Program-made: the position numbers and the translations under genes
The notes under the pieces: model-generated
What the model was told of the DNA's origin: nothing
What the model saw: the letters and a program-made list of their open reading frames with translations, nothing else
The model's database searches: none
Shown here: positions 23,608 through 34,064 of the stretch, piece by piece
Layout of the letters: every line of letters starts with the position of its first letter
How positions within the stretch are numbered: the stretch's first letter is position 1
Assembly (NCBI GenBank): GCA_028278035.1
Contig: JANQFC010000065.1
Location: 1,558 to 65,557 of the forward strand
Reading direction: 5' to 3'
Source: Chlamydiales bacterium
GTDB taxonomy: Bacteria; Chlamydiota; Chlamydiia; Chlamydiales; SM23-39
Length of the DNA stretch: 64,000 nt

Positions 23608-24777
23608 ATGATGCAAAAGCTACTAATTACACTAACTATCATTTTATATGCAGCATTTGCATATGCTGACAACATCCCAAAATCAAAAGAAGAATTTCGA
23701 TCGTTCACAGGAAAAATCACCGGCAACAAAGTAAGAATGAGAACAGCCTCAGACTTAGACAGTCATGTAGTAAGGCAATTAAATAAAAATGAGCTTGTTT
23801 ACATATTAGAAGAATCTAATGATTTCTGGGGAATAAAACCGCCCCCCGGAATAAAAGCTTATGTATATAGAAATTATATTATAGACAATGTAGTAGAAGC
23901 TGATAAAGTAAACATCAGACTACAGCCAAATTTAGATGCTCCTGTAATTGGCCAATTAAAACTTAAAGATCAGATTTATGGTGAAATCTTGGAATCTAAC
24001 AATAAATGGATGGAAATTTCAATTCCTGAAAACGTTTGTTTTTACATAGCAAAAGAATATATTACTTACGCAGGGAATGAACATTTTTATGCAAGAATGT
24101 TGCAAAGAAAAGAAGAAGTTGACAAACTTTTAAATTCTGCGTATTTCATAACACAAGCCGAAATGAAAAAACCATATGATGAAATGACTCCTCAAGAAGC
24201 AATTGATCAATTTGATGCAATAATTAAAGGCTATTCTGATTTTACAGAACACGTTAAACAGGCTAAAGAAGGTTTAGCATTAATTCAAGACAACTACCTT
24301 CAGAAAAAAATTGCTTACTTAGAAGCAAAAGCAAGTATGAGTGAAATAGAAAAAGATGAGCTTATAACAGCAATAGATAAAGCGAATACATGTCCTGTAA
24401 ACACAAATACAAATACAAAAAAAATTGTAAGATCTTCCAATAAGAATTTAACTGATAAAATGCATTTTTGGGAGCCTATTGAAGAATCCTTATACCTAAC
24501 ATGGACAACTTTTCATCCGGAAAAGTCACTAAATGATTTTTATAAAGAACAAGAAATAAACTCTACTACAATCACAGGGGTTATTGAAAGTTATTCTCAA
24601 TCAATCAAAAACAAACCTGGTGATTATATAGTAAAAACAGATAAGACAAAAGCTTATCTATACAGTACAAAAATCAATCTTGATGAGTTCGTAGGAAAAA
24701 CAATAACACTAAAAGTATCACCTAGACCAAACAATAACTTTGCATTTCCTGCATACTACGTCAACGAAATTGAATAA
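23608..24777 (+). CDS. secreted protein with two bacterial SH3 (SH3b) domains
   Basis: Signal peptide. The pattern G-x-V-x-A/G-x-x-VN/VR-x-R..P......V..L is repeated (GNKVRMRTASDLDSHVV; ADKVNIRLQPNLDAPVI). Confidence 0.65.
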   Translation: MMQKLLITLTIILYAAFAYADNIPKSKEEFRSFTGKITGNKVRMRTASDLDSHVVRQLNKNELVYILEESNDFWGIKPPPGIKAYVYRNYIIDNVVEADKVNIRLQPNLDAPVIGQLKLKDQIYGEILESNNKWMEISIPENVCFYIAKEYITYAGNEHFYARMLQRKEEVDKLLNSAYFITQAEMKKPYDEMTPQEAIDQFDAIIKGYSDFTEHVKQAKEGLALIQDNYLQKKIAYLEAKASMSEIEKDELITAIDKANTCPVNTNTNTKKIVRSSNKNLTDKMHFWEPIEESLYLTWTTFHPEKSLNDFYKEQEINSTTITGVIESYSQSIKNKPGDYIVKTDKTKAYLYSTKINLDEFVGKTITLKVSPRPNNNFAFPAYYVNEIE

Positions 24778-24796
24778 TTTCTCCTCCCTAATTAAA

Positions 24797-24831
24797 CTAA
24801 GCTATCTGTTATCAGATAGCTTAGTTTTTTA
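24797..24831. terminator. bidirectional rho-independent terminator between convergent genes
   Basis: 12-bp stem CTAAGCTATCTG-TTAT-CAGATAGCTTAG followed by TTTTTTATTTT. There is an A-rich run on the other side. Confidence 0.7.
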
Positions 24832-25324
24832 TTTTCAAATATTTCAAAATACTAAACGATAAAATACCTCCCATGCCAGCAGTTACAAACTGATGCATGC
24901 CCATTACTGAAAAAAAATGTTTTGCAAGAAAGCTATCGGCAGCTCCTAATACAATAATAAAACCGATACAAGACAAAAATACGGCTTTAAAAAAGGCTGC
25001 AAAAAAAACAGCTTTTAAATATTCAAATTTAACAAATCCAAAAACACTTACTAAAAGAATATTTGCAAGCATAATAACAGGAATAAAAACTGCAAAATAT
25101 ACAGGAACTAATCCTGTCGACACGGCAATTAAAGAAGGAATTATTCCAACAAGCACAGCAGACCTTATTCCTAAAAAAGTTACAGATAAAAATAAAGCTG
25201 CATTAATTAGCGTCCCTACAACATATTTATTTTTCAACAAAGGACAAAAAACTGCAATACTAATAAAAAATGCAAAACATAAAATCTTAACAAGACTTTC
25301 TTTTTTCAAAAAAATTAGATTCAT
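24821..25324 (-). CDS. polytopic membrane protein (possibly an ECF-transporter S-component-like protein)
   Basis: 167 aa with 5-6 hydrophobic helices. No diagnostic motif was recognised. Confidence 0.4.
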   Translation of the reverse strand: MNLIFLKKESLVKILCFAFFISIAVFCPLLKNKYVVGTLINAALFLSVTFLGIRSAVLVGIIPSLIAVSTGLVPVYFAVFIPVIMLANILLVSVFGFVKFEYLKAVFFAAFFKAVFLSCIGFIIVLGAADSFLAKHFFSVMGMHQFVTAGMGGILSFSILKYLKIKN

Positions 25325-25336
25325 AAAAAACCTCCA

Positions 25337-26479
25337 TTATATTTCTGGGGTATTAGAACAAGTCTTGGATACTTCCAATAACTTATCCTCCTTATTATTG
25401 ATCAAGACCTTATCCTTCAATTTTTTTGCGCTTACCAAAACTCTTGTATTCAAGGATGAAATAGCCTGATTATAAGCATCTACAGCTGTAGATAAATTTT
25501 TACCGAGTTTAGAAAAATGAGCATTCATTACACTTAACCTTTCGTACATCTCTTTACCAAGCTTGGCAATCTCTTCTGAATTTTTAGATATACTGTCCTG
25601 CTTCCAAGCTTGTGCAATAGCTTTTAAAATAGCAATTAAAGTAGTAGGAGTGGCAAGTATTATATTTTTACTGGCAGCGATTTCCAATAAATTCGGATCC
25701 ACTTTAATAGCGCTTGTTAAAAAAGCTTCTGCCGGAAGAAATAAAATCACATATTCTAAAGACTCATCAAATTTCGAAAAATACTGTTTGGCAGCTAAAT
25801 CCTTAATATGTTTTTTTAAATGTTGGGTATGATTTTTTAGTTTTTCTTCTTTAATGTACTCTTCTTTGTCCTGCGCTTCCAAATAAGAGTCTAAAGGAGT
25901 TTTAGCATCAATAATGATATGCCTTTTACCAGGAAGCTTGACTATCAAATCCGGCCTGTACATCTTATCATCTACTACTTTAGTCTCCTGTTCAAAAAAA
26001 TCACAGTTATTCAATAAACCAGCCAATTCTAATACCCTTTTTAAATGAATCTGCCCCCACGCGCCTCTTACATTCGGAGATTTCAAGGCATTTACTAAAT
26101 TAGCCGTTTCTTTTCTTAAATGATTTTCACTAGCGATTAAAATATCCAACTGCTTATTTAAGGATGTATAAGAAGAATGTCTCTCTTTTTCAACATCTTT
26201 AGTAAATTTTTCAATTTTATCTAAAGATTCCTTGACCGGATTTATAACACTTTCCAGCTCTTTTTGCTTTAAATCAATATCTCCTTTTAAATTTTCCTGA
26301 TACTTATCAAATGTAGCTTTTGCCAATCCTAAAAAAGACTGATTATTTTTCTGTATAATATCAAATGACATACTTTTAAAAAGTTCGTTCATTTTAGTTT
26401 GGTTATTGCTGATAATTGTTTTTACTAAAACAAAAGCTAATAAAATTATAAAAAAGCTTATAGCTATTAGAATATACAT
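25337..26479 (-). CDS. rmuC: DNA recombination protein RmuC
   Basis: N-terminal TM segment, a long coiled coil, and a C-terminal nuclease-like core (RPDLIVKLPGKRHIIIDAKTPL). Confidence 0.85.
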   Translation of the reverse strand: MYILIAISFFIILLAFVLVKTIISNNQTKMNELFKSMSFDIIQKNNQSFLGLAKATFDKYQENLKGDIDLKQKELESVINPVKESLDKIEKFTKDVEKERHSSYTSLNKQLDILIASENHLRKETANLVNALKSPNVRGAWGQIHLKRVLELAGLLNNCDFFEQETKVVDDKMYRPDLIVKLPGKRHIIIDAKTPLDSYLEAQDKEEYIKEEKLKNHTQHLKKHIKDLAAKQYFSKFDESLEYVILFLPAEAFLTSAIKVDPNLLEIAASKNIILATPTTLIAILKAIAQAWKQDSISKNSEEIAKLGKEMYERLSVMNAHFSKLGKNLSTAVDAYNQAISSLNTRVLVSAKKLKDKVLINNKEDKLLEVSKTCSNTPEI

Positions 26480-26535
26480 AATATTTTCTCCTTAGACTTA
26501 AGGATAGAATACTAAAGAAAATGAATAAATAAAAT

Positions 26536-27372
26536 TTATTCTAAATCATCATCATCGGGCTCAAAGTCTTTTAACGTCTTGGATTTTTTACCTGCAACTT
26601 TTCTAATGATTGCAATAATTAAAGCAATAATTACATATCCCCAAGAAACAGAGACAAGCACTATAGGAAAATAATAAAAAATTCCGTATAAAACAAAAAT
26701 AGCCACCACAACGGTTAGAAAAGCCAAATTAAAAGACCTTACTTTAAAATGCAATCCTTTCATCGACGGAAATTTCCAGCGGCTAACCATTAAATAGCCA
26801 ATAAATATCATAACACAAGACAAAATAACCGCTCTTACTATATCAGATAAATCAACCCATTTTATAAAAACCGGTGATAAGAAAAATAAATTAAGAGCAA
26901 TACTGGCAGCGGCGGCTGCCGGAATAGGAAGACCTGTAAAATGCTTTTTTTCTAAGGTCATATCTACAATATGACCTTTAGCTTCTGTAGATCTCACATT
27001 AAACCTAACAAGCCTTAAAATCCCGCAGAGCGAATACACCATAGCCCCCGATGCCGCTAAAAAAGAAAGCCAGGAACCTTGATGAAGAGATAAAGTTTTT
27101 AATAATAATACAGAAGGAGCCACACCGAAAGATACAGCATCCGCTAAAGAATCAAACATGATTCCAAATTCACTTTCAGCCTTAAACGCCCTAGCCACAG
27201 CCCCATCCACGAAATCAGCCAAAGCCGCTAACAATAACAATAAAGCGGCTTTTTGAACCATTTCGAAATTACCGCTACCGGGTTCGATCATATTCACTTT
27301 AAATATAACGAATAAACCACAAGCCAGACCAAAAGCTGTAATAATATTAGGGACAAGATAAATCTGCTTCAT
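26536..27372 (-). CDS. pssA: CDP-diacylglycerol--serine O-phosphatidyltransferase (CDP-alcohol phosphatidyltransferase family)
   Basis: D-x2-DG-x2-AR-x8-G-x3-D-x3-D motif (DFVDGAVARAFKAESEFGIMFDSLAD). Multi-TM. Confidence 0.85.
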   Translation of the reverse strand: MKQIYLVPNIITAFGLACGLFVIFKVNMIEPGSGNFEMVQKAALLLLLAALADFVDGAVARAFKAESEFGIMFDSLADAVSFGVAPSVLLLKTLSLHQGSWLSFLAASGAMVYSLCGILRLVRFNVRSTEAKGHIVDMTLEKKHFTGLPIPAAAAASIALNLFFLSPVFIKWVDLSDIVRAVILSCVMIFIGYLMVSRWKFPSMKGLHFKVRSFNLAFLTVVVAIFVLYGIFYYFPIVLVSVSWGYVIIALIIAIIRKVAGKKSKTLKDFEPDDDDLE

Positions 27373-27504
27373 ATTAAAATTGCTCCAAAATTAGCCAATA
27401 TCTTAAAAAATCATTTTTAACCTTATTATAAACAATTATATTTTTTACAAATCCATTAAAAAATAATAATTATTTCATGATATAATAAAATTAAAGAGGT
27501 AAAA

Positions 27505-27783
27505 ATGAAAGAAAAAAATAATAAATCTTTTGATATCAATCATTTAGATGAAAAAAAACAAAAATATCAATTATTACAGCAAGACTTGGACGTTAACCTC
27601 GAAAAGCAAACTATTGTAACTAAAAGAATAAAGATTATAAAAGAATTCTTACAAGATTTACCAAATACGGCTCCCGAATATGCTATAATTAACACTCAGC
27701 TTGAAATGGACAGAATTGAGTTGGACGAGCTGATTAACAGAGCTGAAGACCTAAAATTTCACCTCAAAGAAAATCAACAATAA
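27505..27783 (+). CDS. small coiled-coil protein, hypothetical
   Basis: 92-aa ORF, heptad-rich, with AGAGG SD-like sequence upstream. Confidence 0.45.
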   Translation: MKEKNNKSFDINHLDEKKQKYQLLQQDLDVNLEKQTIVTKRIKIIKEFLQDLPNTAPEYAIINTQLEMDRIELDELINRAEDLKFHLKENQQ

Positions 27784-27869
27784 GTCACTAATTATAAATT
27801 ATTTACATAATTATATTTTCTTGAAATCTTATACTTTTTATGTTATAATACTAATAAAAAAGTAGCCAT

Positions 27870-27980
27870 ATGTCATTTTCATTAAAAAATTATTTAAATA
27901 GTGATACCTTCAACATCGATCTTCCCGAACCCGATGAAGAACCCATTAGAGAAGATCTTGATGATGAAATTGATGAATAA
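27870..27980 (+). CDS. possible 36-aa highly acidic peptide MSFSLKNYLNSDTFNIDLPEPDEEPIREDLDDEIDE
   Basis: Intact ATG..TAA frame in an otherwise empty 336-bp gap. No clear SD. Not in the ORF track because it is short. Confidence 0.25.
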   Translation: MSFSLKNYLNSDTFNIDLPEPDEEPIREDLDDEIDE

Positions 27981-28119
27981 CATTCTTTTGTAATTAAAAA
28001 TCATTTAAAATTAACATCTTAATTATAATTAAAACCAAAAAAACAATAACTTAATATAAATTAATTGTATTTTTTATATAATAATAATTAAGAAGATATA
28101 ATTAGTTGGAGGATTAATT

Positions 28120-28350
28120 ATGAAAAAAAAGGTAAGAAAAAAAACAGCATCCCATAAAAATCCTTATAAAATACAGCTTGTTTCGATAGAAAAAAAGATC
28201 GACAAAACATACAAAAAACTAAATAATCACATCAAAAAACATGCTAGTTATGATGTCATTGAACAAGATAATAATGAATTACTTATGCTACTTGGAGAGT
28301 GTAATTACCTAGTAAGAGAGTTCCATCAATTCCAAAAGAAAATAAAATAA
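28120..28350 (+). CDS. small basic protein, hypothetical
   Basis: 76-aa ORF with a GGAGGA SD 7 nt upstream. Confidence 0.5.
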   Translation: MKKKVRKKTASHKNPYKIQLVSIEKKIDKTYKKLNNHIKKHASYDVIEQDNNELLMLLGECNYLVREFHQFQKKIK

Positions 28351-28422
28351 GCAATTGCTTGGCAAAAATATAAAATTACCCTAATTTAGAAGGTTAATAA
28401 TCCAATAGATTAAGGTAATTTT

Positions 28423-31362
28423 ATGTCTAAATTTAATAAAAAAAATCAAAAATATAAAAATTTTACTGTAACCAAATATAAACAGATTGATGAAATAGGC
28501 TTAAATCTAATTGAGCTGGAACATGTTAATACCGGAGCTACAATCATAAAACTCGAAAATGATGATGATGAAAATCTATTTTCCCTATCTTTTAAGACAT
28601 GGCCTGACAGTTCAAACGGAGTGCCTCATATTTTAGAGCATACTGTACTATGTGGCTCAAAACGATTTCCCATAAAAGACCCATTTTTTTCTATGCTTCG
28701 AAGAAGCTTGAATACCTTTATGAATGCTATGACGGGAGCTGACTTCACATGCTATCCGGCATCATCCTGTGTTGAAAAAGACTTTTTCAATCTTCTTGAT
28801 GTATATATGGACGCAGTTTTTTATCCAAACCTCAAAAAATACAGTTTTATGCAGGAAGGTCACAGATTTGAGTTTCAGAATCCTAACGACGCTTCTAGCC
28901 CGTTAATTTATAAAGGGGTGGTCTACAATGAAATGAAAGGTGCAATGTCGTCTGCCGATAACAGGCTCTGGCATAAACTTATGGAAAAAATGCTTCCAGA
29001 TCTAACTTATTGTTACAATTCAGGCGGAGAACCAAAAGATATCCCGAATCTTACTCATGAAGGACTAATCGATTTCCATAAAAAATATTACAATCCATCA
29101 AGATGCTTGTTTTTCTTTTATGGAAACAATGATTTAAAAAAAGAATTAGATTTTATAGAAGAAAAAGTATTAAAAAATGCAGAAAAGCTGCCAAAACTCG
29201 GGATTTTAAAAAAACAACAACGTTTTTCTAAGCCTATATCTATAAAAGACCGCTATCCTGTAGCAGAAAATGAATCTACAGACAATAAAGCAATAATATC
29301 CTTTGGATATTTAACATGCTCTATTGATAATCAACTTGATCTACACGCCTTAATGCTGCTCGATAATATTTTAATGGGAACAGATGCAGCTCTTTTAAAA
29401 ATAGAACTTTTAAAATCTAAACTCTGTAAACAGATCGACAGCGTGTTAGACACAGAAATGAGCGAAGTTCCATACGCTATTATTTGTAAAGGATGTAAGG
29501 AACAAAATAAAGACAAAATCTCAAATCTGATAAACCAAACTTTAGAAAATATTATAAAAACAGGACTTCCCCAAAAATTAATCGATGCAGCCCTACATCA
29601 ATTAGAATTTTCAAGAACAGAGATCTCTTCCGATTTTGGGCCTTATGGCCTAACCCTATTCTTTAGAGCTGCACTATCAAAACAGCTAGGAATAGAACCT
29701 GAAAATGCACTCGAAATACATTCTTTGTTTAAAGCCTTAAAAGAAAAATTCGATGATCCGGGTTTTCTACCCTATTTAATAAAAAAATATTTTTTAGAAA
29801 ATACTCATAGAATAGATCTTGTAATGACGCCTGATGCCCATATTCATCAAACAGAAGAAATGGAAGAAAGAAGTAAATTAGATGAAATTCAATCTCATTT
29901 AACTCCTGAAAAAATTCATGAAATAATAGAAAATTCCCAAACTCTAAAAAAATACCAAAAAGAACAAGAACTTCAATCAATAGAATGCCTTCCTAAAATA
30001 AAAATTTCAGATGTCCCTAAAAAAATAAAAAACTATCCCCTAACAAAACAAAAGTTTGATAATTTCACCCTTTATCATCATGACAATTTCACAAATGACA
30101 TAATATATACTGACATTGTATTTGACCTTCCCAAACTGACTTTAAAAGAAATTGAAAATTTAACTCTTTTCACATCGGTACTTTCCGGACTGGGAGCTGG
30201 AACCAGGTCCTACATCGATAACTTGGAATACATCCAAGCTTATACAGGAGGAATAAGCGCTTTTCTTTCTTTAAACATACAAGTAGATGATGTTAATAAT
30301 TCCATTCCGATAATATCTTTACAGTCAAAAGCCTTATCCCGCAATTCAGATAAAATGTTTTCTTTACTAAAAGATACAATAACCAATGTTCATTTTGATG
30401 ATAAAAACAGAATCAAAGAACTGCTGACTCAGCAATATGTGTATTTAGAAAACACACTTCCGCAAAATGCTATGAAATATGCGGTTAACTTATCACAATC
30501 CTCTCTTACATATCCATGTAGTTTGGTATCTAAATGGCATGGTCTAAATTACTTTCTAAATTTAAAAAACATTATGAAAAATTTAGATAATAATTTAGAG
30601 GAATTAATAGATCTGTTTAAAACAATACATAAAAAAATATTCTCTTCTAAAAATATTGACTTGGTAATCAGTTCCTCCAATAAAAATTTAGACAAAATAA
30701 AAAAAGACAATTTTTATTCTCTTTTAGATCTCAAATTTAATGAAACTTCAAAATTCATATATGATTTTAAAAAACCACCTAAAACATCTTCCGCTAAAAT
30801 AATCGCATCTCCCGTAGCATTTACAGCGTCCTCTTATAAAACAGTAAACTTTTTACATGAAGATTCAGCCTACTTATTAGTATCTACAAATTTAATGGAA
30901 AATAAAATCCTGCATAAAAAAATAAGAGAAGAAGGCGGAGCCTACGGAAGCGGAGCAAACTACTCTCCATCTTCCGGCATTTTTACATTTAATGGTTTTA
31001 GAGATCCTCATATACAAAGAACAAGAGATGCTTTTAAACTAGCTATTAAAGAAATCTCAGAAAATACAATTACTGCACAGGAACTGGAAGAAGCAAAATT
31101 AGGTGTTATCCAAGATATCGATGTACCGATATCTCCAGGATCCAAAGCAGATGCAGCATATACCTGGCTAAGGGCCGGCAAAACTAAAGAAATCAGACAA
31201 AAATTTAGAGATAAAATTCTATCAGCAACAATTGATGATATAAAAAATGCTGTAAAAAAACATTTATTAAATCAAATTGATAATGCTCAAGATGCTATAT
31301 TTTCATCAAAAGAGCTAATAGAAAAAGAAAATATTAAAGATCTAAAAACCTCTAATATATAA
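28423..31362 (+). CDS. M16 (insulinase/pitrilysin) family metallopeptidase, PreP-like, ~980 aa
   Basis: Inverted zinc motif HILEH and downstream E (GVVYNEMKG). The length and four-domain architecture resemble presequence-protease-like enzymes. Confidence 0.85.
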   Translation: MSKFNKKNQKYKNFTVTKYKQIDEIGLNLIELEHVNTGATIIKLENDDDENLFSLSFKTWPDSSNGVPHILEHTVLCGSKRFPIKDPFFSMLRRSLNTFMNAMTGADFTCYPASSCVEKDFFNLLDVYMDAVFYPNLKKYSFMQEGHRFEFQNPNDASSPLIYKGVVYNEMKGAMSSADNRLWHKLMEKMLPDLTYCYNSGGEPKDIPNLTHEGLIDFHKKYYNPSRCLFFFYGNNDLKKELDFIEEKVLKNAEKLPKLGILKKQQRFSKPISIKDRYPVAENESTDNKAIISFGYLTCSIDNQLDLHALMLLDNILMGTDAALLKIELLKSKLCKQIDSVLDTEMSEVPYAIICKGCKEQNKDKISNLINQTLENIIKTGLPQKLIDAALHQLEFSRTEISSDFGPYGLTLFFRAALSKQLGIEPENALEIHSLFKALKEKFDDPGFLPYLIKKYFLENTHRIDLVMTPDAHIHQTEEMEERSKLDEIQSHLTPEKIHEIIENSQTLKKYQKEQELQSIECLPKIKISDVPKKIKNYPLTKQKFDNFTLYHHDNFTNDIIYTDIVFDLPKLTLKEIENLTLFTSVLSGLGAGTRSYIDNLEYIQAYTGGISAFLSLNIQVDDVNNSIPIISLQSKALSRNSDKMFSLLKDTITNVHFDDKNRIKELLTQQYVYLENTLPQNAMKYAVNLSQSSLTYPCSLVSKWHGLNYFLNLKNIMKNLDNNLEELIDLFKTIHKKIFSSKNIDLVISSSNKNLDKIKKDNFYSLLDLKFNETSKFIYDFKKPPKTSSAKIIASPVAFTASSYKTVNFLHEDSAYLLVSTNLMENKILHKKIREEGGAYGSGANYSPSSGIFTFNGFRDPHIQRTRDAFKLAIKEISENTITAQELEEAKLGVIQDIDVPISPGSKADAAYTWLRAGKTKEIRQKFRDKILSATIDDIKNAVKKHLLNQIDNAQDAIFSSKELIEKENIKDLKTSNI

Positions 31363-31430
31363 CCAAAAATATTGAGCAAAACCGATTCTATTATTATACT
31401 AAATAAAAAATGAAATTGGGAGAGTGTTAT

Positions 31431-32834
31431 ATGAAAAAATTTGTAATGGCTTTTTTGATCTTATTTGCAACAATATTACTTCCTTATTCAGTATATCCGC
31501 AAAATAAGCTTTATCTACAAGATACATCAAAAGCTTTTACATCTGTTGCAAAAAAAGCAATTCCTGCTGTTGTTTATATAAAATCAAAACATAATGGAAG
31601 GTATTCGTCCTCTTCAGATAACTATGACAATCCATATGAGTATTTCCACGATGAATTTTTTCGCCGATTTTTTGGTCAGCCCAATGCTCAACCCCAAGTA
31701 ATTTCAGGATCTGGCGCTATTGTATCTAAAGACGGCTATATTTTAACAAACAATCATATAATACAAGATGCGAATAACATTTTTGTTGTCCTAAACAATG
31801 GAGAAGAATACGAAGCTAAGGTAATAGGCTCTGATCCCAGAACAGACCTAGCAGTTATAAAAATAGAAGGAAAAGATTTTCCCTACTTATCATTTGGAAA
31901 CTCCGATGATCTAGAAATTGGAGAATGGGCAATAGCGATCGGCAGTCCTTTTCAATTTCAGGCTACTTTAACAGTGGGAGTAATCTCAGCAAAAGGAAGG
32001 CAAAATTTAAAAATCACGGACATAGAAGACTTTATACAAACAGACGCCGCAATTAACCCAGGAAATTCTGGAGGACCTTTATTAAACCTTCAAGGAGAAG
32101 TAATCGGCATCAACACAGCTATTGCATCTCAAAGCGGTGGCTATATGGGAATTGGCTTTGCAATTCCTTCAAATATGGCAAAACACGTAATGAAAGAAAT
32201 AATAGAAAACGGAAAAGTCACAAGAGGACATTTAGGAATAGTATTAGAACCTATCGATAAAGAAAAAGCAGATGCCTTAGATTTGGAAAAAGCAGAAGGT
32301 GTAATAATAACGGAAGTTTTAAAAGACTCTGCTGCTGAAAAATCAGGGCTAAAACCAGGAGACGTTATTATAGCGTACAATAACAGGCCTATCAAAAGTA
32401 TGGCCTCTTTCAAAAATGACATAGCCAATTTAAAACCAAAAGATAAAATTTCTCTTACTATCATTAGGAATAACAAAAAGAAAAATATCGATGTTATTTT
32501 AGGTCAGGACGCAGAAAGTAAAACATTATCAAAAGAAGCTCCTGAACTGGGAATTGAAGTATCTAATGTCGAAGATGTTTCTCCTGAAATTCTAAAAAAA
32601 TGGCAATATGACCCAAATATCGAAGGGGTGATAATAACTTCTATAAAACAAGGATCAATTGCCCATAGATCGGGACTAAAGCCCGGTATGATAATAATGC
32701 AGGTAAACAATCAGAAAATAAAAGATTTGTCTGATTTCAATAAAGTTATGAGCAATTTTGATAAAAAAAGACATATTCTTTTACTGGTAAAATACCAAAA
32801 TATAACAAGGTTCATAACAATAAGATTAAAATAA
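31431..32834 (+). CDS. htrA: periplasmic serine protease DegP/HtrA with two PDZ domains
   Basis: Catalytic triad context is TNNHI, DLAVIK and GNSGGPL. The start was chosen at the ATG after the GGGAGAG SD. Confidence 0.92.
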   Translation: MKKFVMAFLILFATILLPYSVYPQNKLYLQDTSKAFTSVAKKAIPAVVYIKSKHNGRYSSSSDNYDNPYEYFHDEFFRRFFGQPNAQPQVISGSGAIVSKDGYILTNNHIIQDANNIFVVLNNGEEYEAKVIGSDPRTDLAVIKIEGKDFPYLSFGNSDDLEIGEWAIAIGSPFQFQATLTVGVISAKGRQNLKITDIEDFIQTDAAINPGNSGGPLLNLQGEVIGINTAIASQSGGYMGIGFAIPSNMAKHVMKEIIENGKVTRGHLGIVLEPIDKEKADALDLEKAEGVIITEVLKDSAAEKSGLKPGDVIIAYNNRPIKSMASFKNDIANLKPKDKISLTIIRNNKKKNIDVILGQDAESKTLSKEAPELGIEVSNVEDVSPEILKKWQYDPNIEGVIITSIKQGSIAHRSGLKPGMIIMQVNNQKIKDLSDFNKVMSNFDKKRHILLLVKYQNITRFITIRLK

Positions 32835-32835
32835 T

Positions 32836-32865
32836 AAGTAGGGCTTATGCCCTACTTTATTTTAA
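32836..32865. terminator. bidirectional terminator between htrA and the M50 protease gene
   Basis: AAGTAGGGC-TTAT-GCCCTACTT followed by TATTTTAAATTT. Confidence 0.65.
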
Positions 32866-33996
32866 ATTTAAAAAATCCTTGAAAGTCTTTGAATCTCTTA
32901 CACTATCAAAAAAAGATTCTTGCACTACTTTATTGATATCTATCTTTTCAAACCCCTTAGCAGTTTTGAGCCACCCACCAGCAGGTTTTGCCTCATTTAA
33001 AATACCAAACGTCCTTGCATTTGTAATAGCAACCTCAAAACTCGGATGGAGCTTATAGCATGAAGCTGAAAGTTTCTTGACAAGTGCATAATTTTTATTT
33101 TCAAAAGCTAATTTGTGCATTATACAAATAGCGTCTTCCTGCAAATGATCTTTAATGGAAAGTAGCAAACCGTAAGCCTGTTTATTTTCTTTTTTATTAA
33201 AATAAATTAAGGCTAGATAATGAACAGCTGCTACATAAATTAAACCAGATTTGGTTTTATTTATTATCCTCTCCAAAATTTCTCTTGCTTTATCTTCTTG
33301 ATTATTTTGTAGAAGTGCTTCCGCTTTTTTAAGCTCATCAGCCAAAGATGAGTCCCTATCTGCTGCAGAAATATTTTTGGACCTTCTGTACATATCAAAA
33401 CTTTGAAAAGCAAACAGAAAAAATAAAGCTCCCATTAAATAAAACCTCATTGCAAAACAGCCTAATGCCAATAAAGCCGCTATTATAAATCCTACCAAAA
33501 GCGATATTTTAAAGCCTTTTACCCCAAAAGCACCTTCTAAAGCTATTCTAAGCAATTGTCCGCCGTCTAAAGGAAGAACAGGCAATAAATTTACAATGCT
33601 CCAAAAAAGATTCACAATCTGTAGTATTTTAAAAGTCTTTAAAATAACAGGCATTTGAAAAATACCGGACCATAAAACTACAGTTGATATACCACATAAT
33701 AAAAGGCCGAACAAAGGACCATTTAAAACAATTATAAACTGTTGCCAGTATTTCAAGTTCTTACCCTCGTAAGAAGTAAGGCCTCCTAAAGCAACCAACT
33801 GAATATGAGGATTTTGTTTAAAAATAATAGAAGTTACAGCATGACCCATTTCATGCATCAATACTGATACCAATATTATAAATATCCATAATACGGCCCC
33901 TAAAATGGTTCCTGACATTAAAAATCCTATAACAGCTGCAAATATCCAAAAAAAGGGATGTATTGATATTGGGATTCTTCCGGGAATAGTAATCAT
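32857..33996 (-). CDS. M50 family (site-2 protease-like) membrane metalloprotease with a C-terminal TPR-like region
   Basis: HEMGH and NLLPVLPLDGG motifs. Confidence 0.8.
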   Translation of the reverse strand: MITIPGRIPISIHPFFWIFAAVIGFLMSGTILGAVLWIFIILVSVLMHEMGHAVTSIIFKQNPHIQLVALGGLTSYEGKNLKYWQQFIIVLNGPLFGLLLCGISTVVLWSGIFQMPVILKTFKILQIVNLFWSIVNLLPVLPLDGGQLLRIALEGAFGVKGFKISLLVGFIIAALLALGCFAMRFYLMGALFFLFAFQSFDMYRRSKNISAADRDSSLADELKKAEALLQNNQEDKAREILERIINKTKSGLIYVAAVHYLALIYFNKKENKQAYGLLLSIKDHLQEDAICIMHKLAFENKNYALVKKLSASCYKLHPSFEVAITNARTFGILNEAKPAGGWLKTAKGFEKIDINKVVQESFFDSVRDSKTFKDFLNLK

Positions 33997-34064
33997 TTTT
34001 TACCTATTTCTTTTATTTTTTTTTATGTGCTACAATAGCTTTTCAATCAAGGATAAAATAACTT

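Noticed and set aside
28372-28420. The inverted repeat AAATTACC...GGTAATTT upstream of the M16 peptidase gene as a regulatory hairpin.
   Set aside because: The arms are 8 bp and AT-rich, with a ~33-nt loop. This is easily produced by chance in sequence of this composition.
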